Origin: Balanoglossus misakiensis
Taxonomy: Eukaryota > Animalia > Hemichordata
NCBI GenBank assembly: GCA_040954595.2
Contig: CM082576.2
Coordinates: forward strand, 854,648-918,647
DNA: 64,000 nt
Reading direction: 5' to 3'
The notes below the pieces were generated by a model that saw only the letters and a list, made by a program, of their open reading frames with translations, was not told the DNA's origin and searched no databases. The translations under genes and the position numbers were made by a program. Of the stretch, positions 1-45,166 are shown one piece after another. How positions within the stretch are numbered: the first letter of the stretch is position 1; the number at the start of each line of letters is the position of its first letter.

Positions 1-1991
1 AGATGCAATTTTCTTTGAACTTGTCAAAATCGAGATGATGTCTCCTCCAACATAACTTTGTGAGGTATTGTTTACACGTAAAGTAATCGTTTGTACATGG
101 ATATGTGTTACCCCATGGTTTAGTAGAATGACGTCTGATGGGTCACCGCAAACGCCCTGTCGCTGATGATGATGACACTGGCGTGTCGCACTGTGACACC
201 GTACAGTGTGTATGTTATAGTGCCATTGTTTTACTATTCGAAACACTCCCAGTCGCGGAAATGACAGCGTAAACATGTGTAATCTGTATGCCAAGGAGTC
301 ACCCAACTGAAATGAAAATTAAAGAAAAACGGTGTGAGACTCTTCGTCCGGTGTCTTATGGCCGCAATATAAGAAATCCAGTGTGTATTTGCAACAGGAA
401 GGAATTCCTGAATGTGTTCAGTTCATGGAAGTGCGCAAACTGCGTTGACCCAGTGACTGAGTGAGTCATATAATTCAATAACAGTGAATCAGGGTTGTGT
501 CTCATCATATTCAAGGTTTGCTAGTAAACCTAGTCAGACAAATCCATCAAATCGGAAAAAAATATTGAGTGTGAACAACGTAGTCATAATGATAATTACG
601 CATTCAGACAAAATACTAACAATTCTTTAAAAAGTACTGTTTTAGTAATGTACCTATTTATATAATTAGGTTGAAATATGTACTTCGTGTTGTATGTGAG
701 GGCTCTTTTAGAGAATAGTCGTGATGTTATGAAACATATCTAGTCATCTGTGGCCCAGTTGACTTCCTGCAGCAAGACTTTTTTTTACCCTTTAAACATT
801 TTCTAGTGATTCACAATTATCAATCTCAAGATCTAGATATTAGCAGACAGTTGTCCCATCAGATGTGAGAGCTCTTTGTGTCCTTGAATAATTGCAATAA
901 TTCATTCATAATAGATTATGTCAATAGCCAAAATAATTATTCCTGTGCCATTGTAAAGCTGCAAATATTCAAATTAAAGGTCCATTTTGGAATGACAATT
1001 TCTCCTAATTACTATTAAGTGTCAGTTTGTTGTAAATATATAATTTTTTTTTTCAAAAATCGTTACTTGTGTATTTTATACATGTATATGTAGTATTGAT
1101 AATAATTTAATTTTCTTTTGCTTTGTGAATTAAATGTTTGTGACATTTAAAGCTGTCACAACAAAAGTGTGGTTGAACCTCAATAATACAATATATACAT
1201 GTATGGATTGAGCAATATACACTGAAATGTGGGTTATTTAAGTCAAGTGCAGTCTGTTCACAGCTCAGTAGTACTATCGGTTGTAATACAAATCGGGGGA
1301 TAAGATGATACATATGATATGTGTATTTTTTATCAGTGAAAAACTTGCAACTGAAGAGCTAACTTGATGGTAGATGCCAGACAAGCCTAGGAACATGTAC
1401 AATTAGCATTGCCATTTGTAAGATGGGAAACTTAAGTGACCTTGTGTTTAATCAGTTGATTAGAAATCAAATAAGGAAATTAATGGGAGTACATAGAACA
1501 TACAGCACACTGTGAACTTTGAACTCGTTAGTTTCTTAGCATTCAATAAATGTTTTTGCTCCAATATTGGCACAGTGACTGGAAAGAATATTCTGTTGCT
1601 CAGCTGATGTACTTTATTTGTAAATGGGTTATTTATGATAATATTGAGATATTGATAATAATTACTACTGTGACAGTGTAAGTGTGAGCAAGGTTAGTCA
1701 GAAATTCATTTCATCAACAGTTGCAGTTTGTGAACATGAAAGTAGCATTGACTGCCTGGTAATTTGAATACCCTCCTAGGGCTTCATTAAAATCAATTCC
1801 TGTTTGTGACTTTTCATAGAAATGTACTGAAATTGTTACAAGGGGCTCTTCCTAAGCAAGATTTCACACACATTTATTGTGGTGGTGATAGAGTTATGGT
1901 TGCAGAATGGCAATGTAGGTTTGAAACTACATTATGAATGTATCATCGTTGTTTACATGTTATGTTGATTTTCGTCTTCATTTTTTTCCAG

Positions 1992-17153
<15,162 letters not shown>

Positions 17154-17810
17154 AAGACTGCCCTCTAGTGGTTGAAAATCAAACTCCAGTGCTGCTTCGT
17201 GGAAGTGGACTGTAAACACTGCCCTCTTTCAGTCACTTGTGTCAAGGAGGACGAGGAGGTCATTGATTATTTCATTGGAGTTTTTCATTGGAGCTTAAAG
17301 GACAAAGATGTGAGCTTACACTTTCAAGTCACATCGCAAAAGAGCCATTTGACTTCCAAGAAGAAATATGTTTATCAATCATACTTACATCCAGAGTGAC
17401 TAGACAACTACCTTTAATGTATCATAAGATTGATTTTGGTTTTTCTTATACGTTGCTCAGCTGTTCAGCTGGCCCATGAGACTTTGGCCAGTTGGTGTTC
17501 AAAGAAGACTTATGTTTGTACTCATCCTGTGTTTTTAGATTCCAACTGCAACCAGGAATCATAACTGTATTTTATCCTCAAAAATTCAGAATATTGTTTG
17601 TTACTTTAAATGCTATCATGATGAAACTGTAAAAGAGGTATTTTTAATTGTTCTATCACACACCGGTGGACATGTGTGAAATTTTCTTCTGCTCAGATTT
17701 TGATCACAATAAAGTAAAACAGAAAACAATTATAGAAACTTGACAGGCTGAAATTTCAGATTGCAGTTTGCATCGCACATTTAAGCAAAGTGCAATAATA
17801 ATGTTTTCAT

Positions 17811-17824
17811 GTTGCCATAGGAAC
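17811..17824. promoter_or_regulatory. RFX X-box in the MAP4K 3' UTR region
   Basis: GTTGCCATAGGAAC, with a perfect GTTGCC half-site. Confidence 0.45.
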
Positions 17825-18230
17825 AGCCATAGAGAAGTAATGTCCCAGATTTTAAATAGTTTTATCACAAAGAGACTACCGCAGAATTGTAGTGTGAACT
17901 CATACATGGTGAAGAAGAAAGGGAAAATGTGTTATTTGTGACTTGAAAAATTATCACTACCGACAGATATTATTTCAGGAAGGATGGGATGAATCTTTTC
18001 ATGAATATTTACCATCAGGCTTTCCAATACACTTGCAATGACCAATTTCATTCAAGTTTCATGGGAAACTGATCATGTGAAAGGTAGATGGTTGGTACCT
18101 TTTGGTTGGAAGTATTGTTTTGTGATGATCTTGGATCAGTCCAACCTTAACACCCCTGACATATGGCCAGTTGTCTATAAAAATATGTACACTGTACACT
18201 CTTCATCTCATTTGGAGGACCTTAAAATCT

Positions 18231-18244
18231 GTCTCTATGGCAAC
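18231..18244. promoter_or_regulatory. RFX X-box in the MAP4K 3' UTR region
   Basis: GTCTCTATGGCAAC, with a perfect GGCAAC half-site. Confidence 0.45.
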
Positions 18245-19360
18245 TAAGTTTTCCTGCAACAATCATTTTTCGGCATGTTGTGTAAATACACTTTAGAGAC
18301 AGAACATTCAGCCTTTCATTTTGTTTTTCTCCTGCCTGAAGCATGCAAAGCATTTTTCTACACTGTCAATGTCTCTCTACCACTGCGCTGCCCAGGATTT
18401 AATTGTTGAACAGTTCACATCACAACTCCAGGGGGCAGTGTTTATGTTATCACAGGACAGTATGTTGTTTGTCATTTGTTTTGGTTATCAACAAGAAAAT
18501 TAGCTTTAAGAATGTGCAGAACTTCAACACAAGATCAGCTCTTCATATATTTATACATGTCTTTTATCAGCTTTCAGCTTTCTCTAGTAACAGTAGTCCA
18601 TGACAACCAATATGCAAAAGCCTTTCCTGACAGGAGAGTAACATATTTTGTACTTTACACTATTCACTTCAAACTGTGTTGATGCAAAATCTGTTCCAGG
18701 AACTATGGTCTTGGTATGGGTTTGGGGTCTTCCATGGTCATGTTTAAAACTTAAAATACATTTCCTTGTCATGAGGTTTTAGCTTATTCAACCATGATTT
18801 TGATGAAAAGTTGCTGCTATAGCTGATATGGTTTGAATTCCTCCATAATTAGAGCATGTAAAGTGTTTTCCACTGTAAATAAAACTGTGCTGTGTGTATC
18901 AGACATGTAAAGCGACCGCCAATTGGCCAGGTGGAAATGTATAGATCTACAAACACCCATTGTATGTGAAAATCTTCCCAGTCATGGCAAATCATTTTTT
19001 TTTTTTGCCTGTCACCTTTTTCTGCAATCTTACACCTTTTTATCACAAAAGAGAGAAAAAAAGACATGACAGTGTCTACCATATGGAGCTGATGGAGAAC
19101 AATCTTTATTATATAAAGCATATTTACGTGTGTAATGTATTGTACAGACCAACTTTCTGTCAAAGTACCCAGTGTTTAAATACTGAACCCTTTTGTTAAA
19201 ATTACTATAGTGTTACACACACAGAAATGGCTTTCTCAGAGTATGTTCCCATTGTTTGTTATAATGAAAATTGTGTAAATGGATAGATAGTTTCTAAGGT
19301 GATTTCTTTTTTTTTCTTTTCCAATCACAGTATTATTTTTATTCCTTTTGTATATTAAAC

Positions 19361-19500
19361 GTCCGGAAGTAAAATTGCCAATCCCAATTGGCGGCGAATG
19401 AAGTTATGTCCAGCTGTTCCTTTCTCTATGATGAGGCGCCCTCTTGAAGCAAACCCGACACGTGTGTGATTGGTTGACTTTTCTATATATCGGAAGGGCT
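19361..19500. promoter_or_regulatory. Promoter-like motif cluster at the edge of a CpG-rich domain
   Basis: ETS CCGGAAGT 19363-19370, CCAAT 19378-19382, E-box CACGTG 19459-19464, ATTGG 19469-19473, TATATA 19484-19489. Confidence 0.3.
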
Positions 19501-22162
19501 TGTTCGAAGCGCTATCGCATATATTGAAAAGCTATCCATTTTTAAATAGTCATCAATCATTGTCCTGCTTAATTACGATAATTTTCATTAATGTTGCCCT
19601 TGCCGTTGATTCTAGAGATACGTGACGGTCTTGTTATTTTCATAAAACATCTGGTGGTTACCTTGCCCGCATACCATTTTCTCCTAGAAGAATTCCAGGT
19701 GGCATCCAGTAATACTCGTCGGTGAAGTGTGCGTGTCTTTACTATAAATAGAAATAATGTAAATGGACACGTTAGCCAAGTAATGTGTGTATCCACAGTC
19801 CGCACATAGCAAAGTTGCACATGAACTCCAAGTTTATAGCGAAAACTTTTTGATAATTTTTTTAACTTTTGAAAATGTTCTTGTGGTACAGTTCTTTGCC
19901 GTAAGTGGAGTAATAAACGAGTATAAAGATGCAACACACGCACACACACGCTTCAACCTTCTGACAACTTGAGTAGTCGCCATCCTGCAGAAGCCTATTT
20001 CTCTGTTATAGACCAAGTAAATACGTCAGAAGTAATAAATGATGTAGTATTGTCAACTGGTGAGCTCCTCAGCTCAGATCGCGACTTGTTTTGACATAGC
20101 GCTGGTTTGTCAAAGAACCAGACTAAGTCCAGTTCATTTTCTTTTCGCCTCGTTTGTGCGCCTCTATAGATGTGTACTTTTCCCAAGACCTCATCTTTTT
20201 ACTCCACACATAACCATTACCAATGAACCAAGGTAACACCCGTGCCCGTGTTTAGCAAAAGGGGTGCCGTTATAAATGTTTAGTTTCTGTTTTCGTGGTT
20301 TCGTCGTCTATATGAATAAGCTTATTTTCTGTACGAGAAAACATGTCACATGCCAACAGACTCATATTTGTACGTAGTCAATTTTCCCGTAGTAATTAAC
20401 AATGTACAATCGCCAATCTTCATGCATGTGTGGCGATTTCATCACGTGAATTAATCAGTGATTAGTGTTTGATATCGCCTGTCATGCATCAGCGAGAGAT
20501 GTCAACAACTGAAACTAGTCGACAATTCAACCCCAAATTATGTCCTAAAATTCTCTCGAGAACAATTGACATCCACGTTCTATTAGCATCTTACGATAAT
20601 GAAACCACAAGATGTAGAAATTAATGTGCCTGACGTACTATTTATAAATGATCTCGCGGCGATCGCCCGCCCGCCCACGCTCACAAGGCAATCGCGCTTG
20701 TCAGTTTGTGTATGGTGGTTGCCATGGTTATCAATAGCCAACAACTGGCAACAACTGCGTCGATTTTACAATTAATACTGCATGTTGTTGAATCAAATTC
20801 ATTGATGGATCCAACAAATACGCATGCATTTCAATTATTTCCTATCCTAATAAACTCAGCTGTGTATAAGGTAAATTCAATAACAATTTTGGTTGATTTG
20901 TATATCCTTACATTAGGTATTGCTATTGCTAATTTTCTTTTTTGTAGTAACGTAGGGGTATAACTACATCGAGTGTATCTGATTTTTATTTCCAGTGAGC
21001 GCTAATGGTCCATAAATTGGTCGTAAGTTATAAAAACGTTCGTTACACTGATGCCTTATTTTGACAACTTGGACGTTATTAAATACGTGAACAATCAGTT
21101 TATTTTGACTAAATCTCCATGGTTACGGTCATAAACATCTAAAACAATCCACGGGGTATATATTCAACGGTGATTGTCATATAAGAGCGAAATGCAGCTG
21201 TGCACAGAACGATTACAGCCATCGACATGTCACAATCAATGTCACTACGCACTCAATGTCATCTTAAGGACGAGTGATATTGATTTTCCATCCATTATGG
21301 TTTCACGCAATTTTGGAATGAATGGAGAGCTTCCTTGTTGGATTTGCCTTCATTGATGACAATGACCCGTTATTAAAGTGCTCTAATAGTCGAATCCCCG
21401 CAGCGTGAAAAAAGTCTATATCTTCAAACTTGAAAAATGTCCAATTCGGCTCGAGATTATCCCTCCTCGCCGTCTGAACCTGTTTCGAAAACAACGACGG
21501 CGCAGTTTTCAAGCCCCGGGTGTTTCTTACTCTATGACGTCACTGTTTTCCACCCCGGGGTATATGCAATATTTATTAGTCCTGATTGTAATTCAGAAGT
21601 ATTCCGGCCATTGTTGTTATGAGCGAAATTATCCCTCCCAAACAAAATACTGACGTCAGGGTGGAGCAGATGCAACAACCGATATCATCCAACAGAATAG
21701 GCGCCAAATTGTGCATCTGTTCGCCCAAAATTATGCTATCTATGCATTTCATTTGGAAATTAACTATCTTCGGCATTCAATTTATCTTCGGGAAGGGATG
21801 ACCGGTAGGAGAGTACCTGTAAATAAATGTGCGTCTTCTATAATGATCGAGTGCAACCAGTTATTATTATATAGAGCCAAGGGAAAATAAAAACTGATTT
21901 GAAATCGTGCATTAAAATGCAACAATTAAAACAACCGTGACATCTATTTATACCGGCCAATTCTATCTATTACCTGGCGAAGTCTGAAACACAGTTACTG
22001 TATGCTTCTCATTGCTCTTTTGTGTGCGCATGCAGTTCAGGGCATATTGCCTACAGTGTATATATTGTCCGTCTACATTGAGCCAACACCGTCATGGTTG
22101 TCAACCTGGGCTATGACACGCCCAGGTGGCACCATTTTTTACAGTTTACGATTACTAAATAA

Positions 22163-22182
22163 TATATATATATATATATATA
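22163..22182. repeat. (TA)n microsatellite
   Basis: About 10 TA units read directly. Confidence 0.85.
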
Positions 22183-22599
22183 TCTTTACTACACTATACT
22201 AGGATTAAATAGATCACCGTCATTATATTTGAAATAGGCATAGGCCTATACATGTATATATGACAGTATACTAGTGTGACTGTTTTAAATGAATACGAGA
22301 AATCGATATTTAATTTGGTAATACGTGATGATATTTTGTTAATAGATACTATTTCCAGTCATTTTGTAATTTTAATATCTTACCAATAAGTATTGCTTTC
22401 TATATATATTTCTTACATTGGCACTCACGACTTGGTCGAATGATTGGGACTAATTCAATTTATACTCCAGGAAATTACGACACCAATTTGGAAAATTCAC
22501 AAATTAATAGCCGCTATGATAAATTCACTTTTGATTTGCAATTTACGGCGCTATAATTTCTTTCCAATGAAAATACCTTACAGTCTGTGATACATAAAC

Positions 22600-22896
22600 G
22601 TCACCGGGAAGTAAAAGAGCTGTCTTTTGAAACGAACATGTTTGTGCGTAATTCTGTGTTTATAGTCGATGTTTTGGGTCGTGTCATGGCAACCGTGGGT
22701 CGTTTAGCGTACGTGACGTCATTGATTACATTAGCACAAGCGGACTGGGAACCAAGATACATCTTACAACGGGGAGATTGGCGACAAGGCTCAAACTTTC
22801 AAAATCGGTTCTGTGCTATCATATTATTTTAAAGAACTGTGGTGATATTGGGATTTGGTAAAATCAGGCTTCTGTATAGAGCTTGTGAACTCACAG
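22600..22896 (+). promoter_or_regulatory. Probable CDKL promoter and non-coding first exon
   Basis: ETS-like CGGGAAGT near 22605, X-box GTGTCATGGCAAC 22681-22693, full CRE TGACGTCA 22714-22721, strong donor CAG|GTAAGG after 22896. A candidate acceptor (ttctacctttcag|) precedes 26903, upstream of the CDKL ATG. Confidence 0.45.
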
Positions 22897-25800
22897 GTAA
22901 GGTATAATAATGAAATTACATCTGAACATTTCTGTTGCATTCATTGGTTAATATGTTTTTCTCCATTTACGGTCAATGCCTCTACTGTGAATCTCTTGTA
23001 AAAATTATCACGTACATTTAATGTACCATTTTGATTAATGAATGATGAATTTTTCACGTACTTTTCATGCGCGAAATGAGACAAATTTTACCTCTTCAGT
23101 TTCCGCGATCGAGTTGTAACATGCATGGTGTTATGACATTTAAGATCTCATCTTGAGATGTGCATCAATCTTGTTCATATGCCTCTTTTTCTCAGCATAC
23201 GTGGACATAGACAATTTGAGGCCAAGTACGACTCGAAGTCAATCGTGCAATCAGCCATGTCTGAATTGAACAGAACTGCACGTCCACCGAACCGTTTTGG
23301 TGGTACGGGTTGAAACACAAAATGAGATCGACAGAGACATGCAAGAGCCCCAGTTGGTTTAACTTTTGACGATTTGTTATTTCAGCATTTGTGATTTCTG
23401 AATCAACTGCTTTCTCTTTTCTTACCGCGACGAAATCGATGTTCTCAACAAAGGTTGTAGCACACCTGATGGGATGTGTTGACAAACAGAAATGCACAAA
23501 AAGGTTTACCTGGTCGCCTGCTCCCGTAGACGTTAGCTTTTCAAGATTGACTCGTGACATGCACATGTGTTGAAAGAAAGGCCACTGTACTTTTTGACTA
23601 CATGCGTCACTAACACTATCCCGTGATGTAGATTATCAGATCGGTATCTGCTCAAGTTCATATTTCATTTCCGTCATGTTCAAGATTTCAACCATCTAGA
23701 TGTCGAACCTGTGTTTATCTTGCATGAAATGATAGAATGTGGCATTTGCTACTGGTATTCACACATGTGGATGCTCACTGGAGCAAGAACTGGGTCATAT
23801 TGGTTCAAACGCGGTCCTTGTCTAATGGAACTGTATAAAAAAAACAGTTGAAAAGGATACCTTTTTATTTCATATATTGCAAGGTTTGAATGAAATTGCC
23901 TGCCAGTGATGAAACACGCTAAGTCAGCACTTTACTGTTGTTTGCTATGACTGACGTGGGCCATGAATTCATTAGAACCGTTCAGGATGTGTTGTGATAG
24001 AAACATGCACGCAGACTGCAACTAAATATAACATGAACGTCGTTCTGCCGTTCACGCTTGGTAGGAAATCACTTGTAGCAACCCCCACAGCGAACAATTA
24101 GCATAACTACTTGAATCAGGTAATGACATATTTCACTATCATTTGTTAGAAAATGAGACCAAAGCGGCGTTTCTCAACTATTTTGCATGCAAAGGTAAAA
24201 TTCAACATTTTAAACGTTGCAAATACGTTCACATCAAGATATTAAAAATTATTTCCGTGTTTATTTCAAATATATTCAAGTACATTCATTTAATTTAATT
24301 AATAGCATGTTCAAATGATTGCTAGTCATTGTGATGTACGGGCTTACCATCATACTCAGTAAGTTGATGATGACGCCTATTGAATATGGTATGACGTCAT
24401 TCTATACGGAATATATCACGCGAGGATATCATAAGATTATTTAGTTTATACTCGGTGTTTGACGTAACTCACTAGTTGGTTTTTGACCAATTGTTCATGA
24501 TGTGTAAATGCGAAGTGATAATTGAATATGTATACCATGCCGCCCATCTCTACATCTGTGGTGACCTTAAAATTCTGTGGGTCAGTCAGTGGGTTGACTT
24601 GGGCACACACCCAACACATAATAGCCTTTCCTTTGACGGGTGTTTATATGCCATTGTTTGTCCTGTTGTGATGTGACTGCTATACGGCTATTGCCATCAC
24701 CATTCATAAAAACGCCACCACCATAAGCAAGTACGTCGAACTTTAGTCGACTTGGCAGCACTCGAAGCAATTTCCTTGTTGTGTGAAGGTAAGTTCCCCC
24801 ATCGTATCGAGGCTCACATTTCGTAAAATCCTCTTCGCAAATGATTGTGTTTTTATAAAAGGGAAGCTTTAAATCTGAAGTTGTCAAAAATCGGTTCGAT
24901 ATAAAGAGATGAACACATCAAAGTCATTATAACAGGCGCTCAAATAGTCGCGAAATTCCATGGATCCCGATAACAATTTACGAATGAGACTTCAAGTCGA
25001 AGATCTAGCAAGTTTCTTATAGCCATGATATTCATAATAAGAGATCCGTGATGATGGTAGCGCAAATTTTAAGTCACAAAAGTGTTTCGCGTCCTTTTAT
25101 GGAGTACATCTCCGAATTTAGAAGCCATGCACGTCGATATTGACGGTAAAATACAAACTGTCATACGGGTACCTGAACGACACTGCTGCAAATACCATAA
25201 ACATTAACTCATAACTTACAGGGGCGTATAGCTATTGTGTTGAAACTCTTGTCTACCATCGGAAATATGAAAATAATATGGAGATCCACGGCAATCAGTT
25301 ATCGATAAAAATGCCAACCAGAGAAATAAAAGTTTACTGTTCAGGTGAAGGTGACAAGAGTAGTTTTTCATTGTATATGTTTCAGTAACCATGGCATTGA
25401 CCGTGACATAAATGGTGGATTCCGTGTCAGGTGATTGTAATCAATGAATACACACGCACATTGCTATTTCTGTCGGTTGCCATACGTCATGGTATAGTTC
25501 ATTGTTATCGTTCAAAGTTTACAAGCGCGATGAACCTGGTCGACAGCTGTTGGCATCAGAATATTTAAATGGTATGGTAGGCCTATTACTTTATTTTTCT
25601 ATCATCTCGACAGAAGCTTCACTATTAAACGTTATTTCTTTACTTAAAATGATATTTTATTTAAAGGGTTATCTCGAATTAATTCGTCCTAATAATTTAT
25701 TACAACGTTTTGTAGTGAAAACAATAACGGCCATCTTCCTGATTCTGTTGACGACTTGGTTAACCGATGCCTTTCGGAAAGTTTGGAATCATTGGTTACA

Positions 25801-27266
25801 AAATACTTAACACCTGGTGTGCATATGTTGAAATTGACAAATGTGCAAAAACAACTCTGCGAGGCTTGTTGTCCGAAAGTCCGGGGTGGCGTGTACACAT
25901 ATGAAATATTCAACCGGTGGAATGAACAGTCGATATGTGTGGGCTTGTCTGAATACAATTTGTCTTCAGTTGAGAAAATGGGAAATCGATATATGCAGAA
26001 AGAAAGTTCACACCTCCTTGTTTCCGGTGAACAAAAAACAAAAACAACCTTATTTGCAACAAACGACCAACTAAAGTTTTTTTCCCGAATAGTTCTGTTT
26101 TTTTTTTTTTTTTACAAACGATATGTTTTCTGTGCGAGTGGCCTTACAAGCGAATCAAAAACAAATCGATTTAAATTACAATTAAAATTAAAGCAAGATT
26201 ACCAGAAAAAGTTACATGTGATGATCGATGGTTTCATTCAAAAATATCCCGAGCTTTACCGATCAGTTTATGTGAAGCCCAAATTTCCTACCGCACCATT
26301 TTGCCATTCTCATTGACTATTGGGTTAAAGCAAATATTGTGTAGATAACATACACTTGACAACTGTTGACCGCAATTCTGTTTATATTAAGGATAACTTC
26401 AAGGTCCAGTTGTATTTGTAGATCAATTTATGGCAGGCTGAACACATGTGATCACGTGTGTACTTGTCTCCATAGAAATAATCTGAATGACAACAGAGCC
26501 CTGCGCACAGCTCGCTAAATGAGTTTTGCTGTATATCTGTACGCGGAAGAACAAAATAATCCCTCTTAAATTTCAATGAAAATGTATTTGTTTCCATCAA
26601 TGTTAGAATACCGCAAACATATCGAAGCAAATATTATTATATTTGTTGTCAGAGAACTTCTAAGGTCCATAGTCGATAGAAAGTGGACGCAATGTAATTT
26701 CTTCCGCTATGCGTATGAATATGTGTAGTTCCCCCTTACGACATGTTGATTTGAGCTACGTACGTAAAGGCAGTGAAAATATACGGGGGAAGTGGAATTG
26801 AAAGAAGAATATGGTCGGTAGTTGGGGTATATAACACAGTTTGCTGTGGTTGATCGTTAATCAGGCCAGTGTTGAACGATTCTACTGGTTTCTACCTTTC
26901 AGGTGAAGTTGCTATATTGACGTGCTATCGCCCCATTTGCAGACCTGTTCCGTTCTGCGGAAAGTGTGTAGCCTGACTGCTCGACTCCAGTGGTACACCA
27001 GGTTTGGAAGATCGTCTTGTAGCTGTCAAAGTGTCCTCTGCCTTTTTTGCGCTCTATCCCGTTGTTGACACCTTCTTCCGGTGCCAGAATATACTAAGGT
27101 CGTCATCAAACCACAGTTCTACCAATTATACGGCTGTAAGTGACTACATATGATGCTGATCGGTGAGGACGTCAATGTATGTTGAAACGCTAAACTCGAA
27201 ATACAGTCCGCCATTTGTACAGTCGACCGAACACAATCACCACAACCGCACATTGTACATGTATGA

Positions 27267-42753
<15,487 letters not shown>

Positions 42754-42896
42754 CCATGCAAGATTTCTGATCGATGCTTCCCCAGTGGCAGGATTGAAAA
42801 GACTCTAGGAGAGACCACGATAATAGACTTACCTAGGCTATGCGTTCTCTGAGGCAACGCTATAGCAGCCATGGAAATGGCTGTTTTTTTCTTTTG

Positions 42897-42916
42897 AGAG
42901 AGAGAGAGAGAGAGAG
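42897..42916. repeat. (GA)n microsatellite in the CDKL 3' UTR
   Basis: About 10 GA units read directly. Confidence 0.85.
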
Positions 42917-44931
42917 AACAGTGACATGAAACCATTGTCACGTCTTCAGAGAGACTCAAGATGCAAGTCTGATAAATGCCTTGGATCTGCTTAGGGAGTA
43001 AAAGAGCACTGTATCATTCTGACAGAATTTGAGCGAATTTTAACTGGCATCGTAATGCAAGGATTTCTGTTTTTAAGGCCCAGTGCGAACATGACATATA
43101 ATGGTGACAATTCATTTGAGTATAAGAAAACTGAGGACCTTTTCTTTCTTGTTTTCAGAAATTTTAATGGAGCAGAAAGAGTCCTTTTTGCAAATCATGT
43201 CAATTTATATAGGAATAGAATCTCCAAGATGTGGAGAAAAGGACTCTGTGAACTAAAAAAAATGATATAAAAGTACTGTTAAATATTGGCTTCCTTCGGT
43301 CTGTAATGAGCAGTTGGAGAATTGACGTCTTTGAACAATCATACCCTTTTAAAATGAAGGGTAGAGAATTTTACAATCAGATTTTTTTTGTTTTAAAATT
43401 TCATCTCCTAGTTGTGGAAAATATGTATTGTATTTTTGCATGTTTAATGTTTTTGCTGTAGAAGAAATTATGAAAAAAAAGAAGGAAATTTCATCCCATT
43501 TCTCTTTCCAGGCACTTTGGGAGTTGATTAAATGGTATTAGTAAATGGTTTCTTTGAGATCAGGACCTTGAAGCCGAATAAAAACTTCATATTTATGATC
43601 AAATAAATGACATTGATCAACTGCTAAATACCTATGACCTCAATGTCTGCTATGCTGATCATTGGCAAAAAAACTCTTGGTCGTTTGTTTGCATGGCAGC
43701 CGTTTAGCTTGGTGTTAACTCCAGTGTTGTTCTGATGTGTCATCCTTTAGTGTGTATCAAGGACAGACAGGAAACATCTGTGGTATTCAGCGATTGATTA
43801 TTGTCAATTATGAGAACATGCATGTTGAATTTTATCACTTGAATGGTCTTGATAAAAAAGTATGCCATACACCTTTCTTTACCTCACCAAAGTCCCTAAG
43901 CATCTGTTTTTGACCAATCCTGAATGACATGACATGTTAGATATGGTGAGCTGTGGGTTTTTGTGTAGCTAATCATGATTACAAGTTATCATGTGTTGAT
44001 GCTGCAGCAGTCTATCATGATTGCAACATATGACTGCAGCAGGTTTTGTTGGATGATGCAGGTCTGGGTGACATTGATCACACACATCAGGAAAACACTG
44101 CAGCCTCTGGGTTTAGGACACAAGTCTGTAGCAGGATTTTGATCTATATAGTTGGAGGGGAAGATGATTTCAATGCAACAGGTTCTGGGGTTCAGCTTTG
44201 TAATTTAAAGCCATTCTTCCTACGTACTTTCTCAATAGGCATTGGTTGTAAATATTACCTTTTCTTTCACATCTTTTGTACAGTAGCCATGAATTTGTTT
44301 ATAACAGGTGGTGGGGTGGCAGACTACTTGTGTGTTTACTTAGAATTTGTTTTTTTTTTTGGCAACAGCTTTAGGACACAACCAAATACGGGTCATGTAG
44401 GTTTTTTGCTAAAAATGCCGAGTACATAGACACCACACACTCCCAGGATAACACAGCTTTCTCAAAAAAACTCTTGTGTCTTCATGCTTTTCTTCTGTTC
44501 CGCAGACTCCTAGCCTCAATATTTGGAGGCTGAGAAAGACAGTCACATTGCTCTTTTGGCACAAAACGGCATTTTGTTTTTTAAAAGGCCATTCTTGGCA
44601 AGCAGAATTTTTGTTTAAATCACATCTGCACAAATGGTTAGAGAGATAAATCATGTCATTTTCTGAATTGGCAGCTCTTGTACTTTCCCTTCCATATTTA
44701 GTCTTAAAATCTGCATAGTTATTATAGTCTCAGAAGGGAACTGTCAGTTTTTACATCTGCTATATTTGGGAGAATGACTAATGTATATTTATAGGTATAA
44801 ATTTTCATGTCCTTGTGTCTCAGAGCAATTCATGTGCAAAATCCCTTTCTCTTTTGTTTTTAGATGTACAAAAATCAAACCTGTCATTGCTTTTCATTTT
44901 GATCTCAAATTTTAATCAGTCATATGTCTGT

Positions 44932-44937
44932 AATAAA
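44932..44937 (+). terminator. Candidate distal poly(A) signal of CDKL
   Basis: AATAAA followed by a GT/T-rich tract. A proximal alternative AATAAA is at 43577-43582. Confidence 0.4.
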
Positions 44938-45160
44938 TACTGATATTAAGTACCATTGGTTGGTTCTGTTTGTGTATTGAATATCCCCTTAATACTTTCT
45001 GAGCCCCATTTTCTTTGAATCCATTACACCCTCATACCTTAGTAGCAACTCTCCTTGGACTTACGGTGGAAGTGCCCCAAAAATCAAAGCCTTGAACTTC
45101 ATCACACTTTTTGCTTGACAACTTTAGATCATTCTCTCTTAAAATTTAGTATAAAAAAGT

Positions 45161-45166
45161 TTTATT
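45161..45166 (-). terminator. Candidate poly(A) signal of the CIROP-like gene
   Basis: TTTATT on + (AATAAA on -), about 1.8 kb past the stop codon. Confidence 0.35.

Noticed and set aside
1-1991. Search for MAP4K exon 1 (GxGTYGDVYK)
   Set aside because: Not found in any frame I could read; it must lie upstream of the window.
23800-23815. B-box-like GGTTCAAAC (also GGTTCGAT near 24893)
   Set aside because: No A box or cloverleaf; not a supportable tRNA or SINE.
25756-26316. 186-aa ORF upstream of CDKL
   Set aside because: No recognisable domain, non-ATG start, runs through a poly-T tract, and no supporting splice structure.
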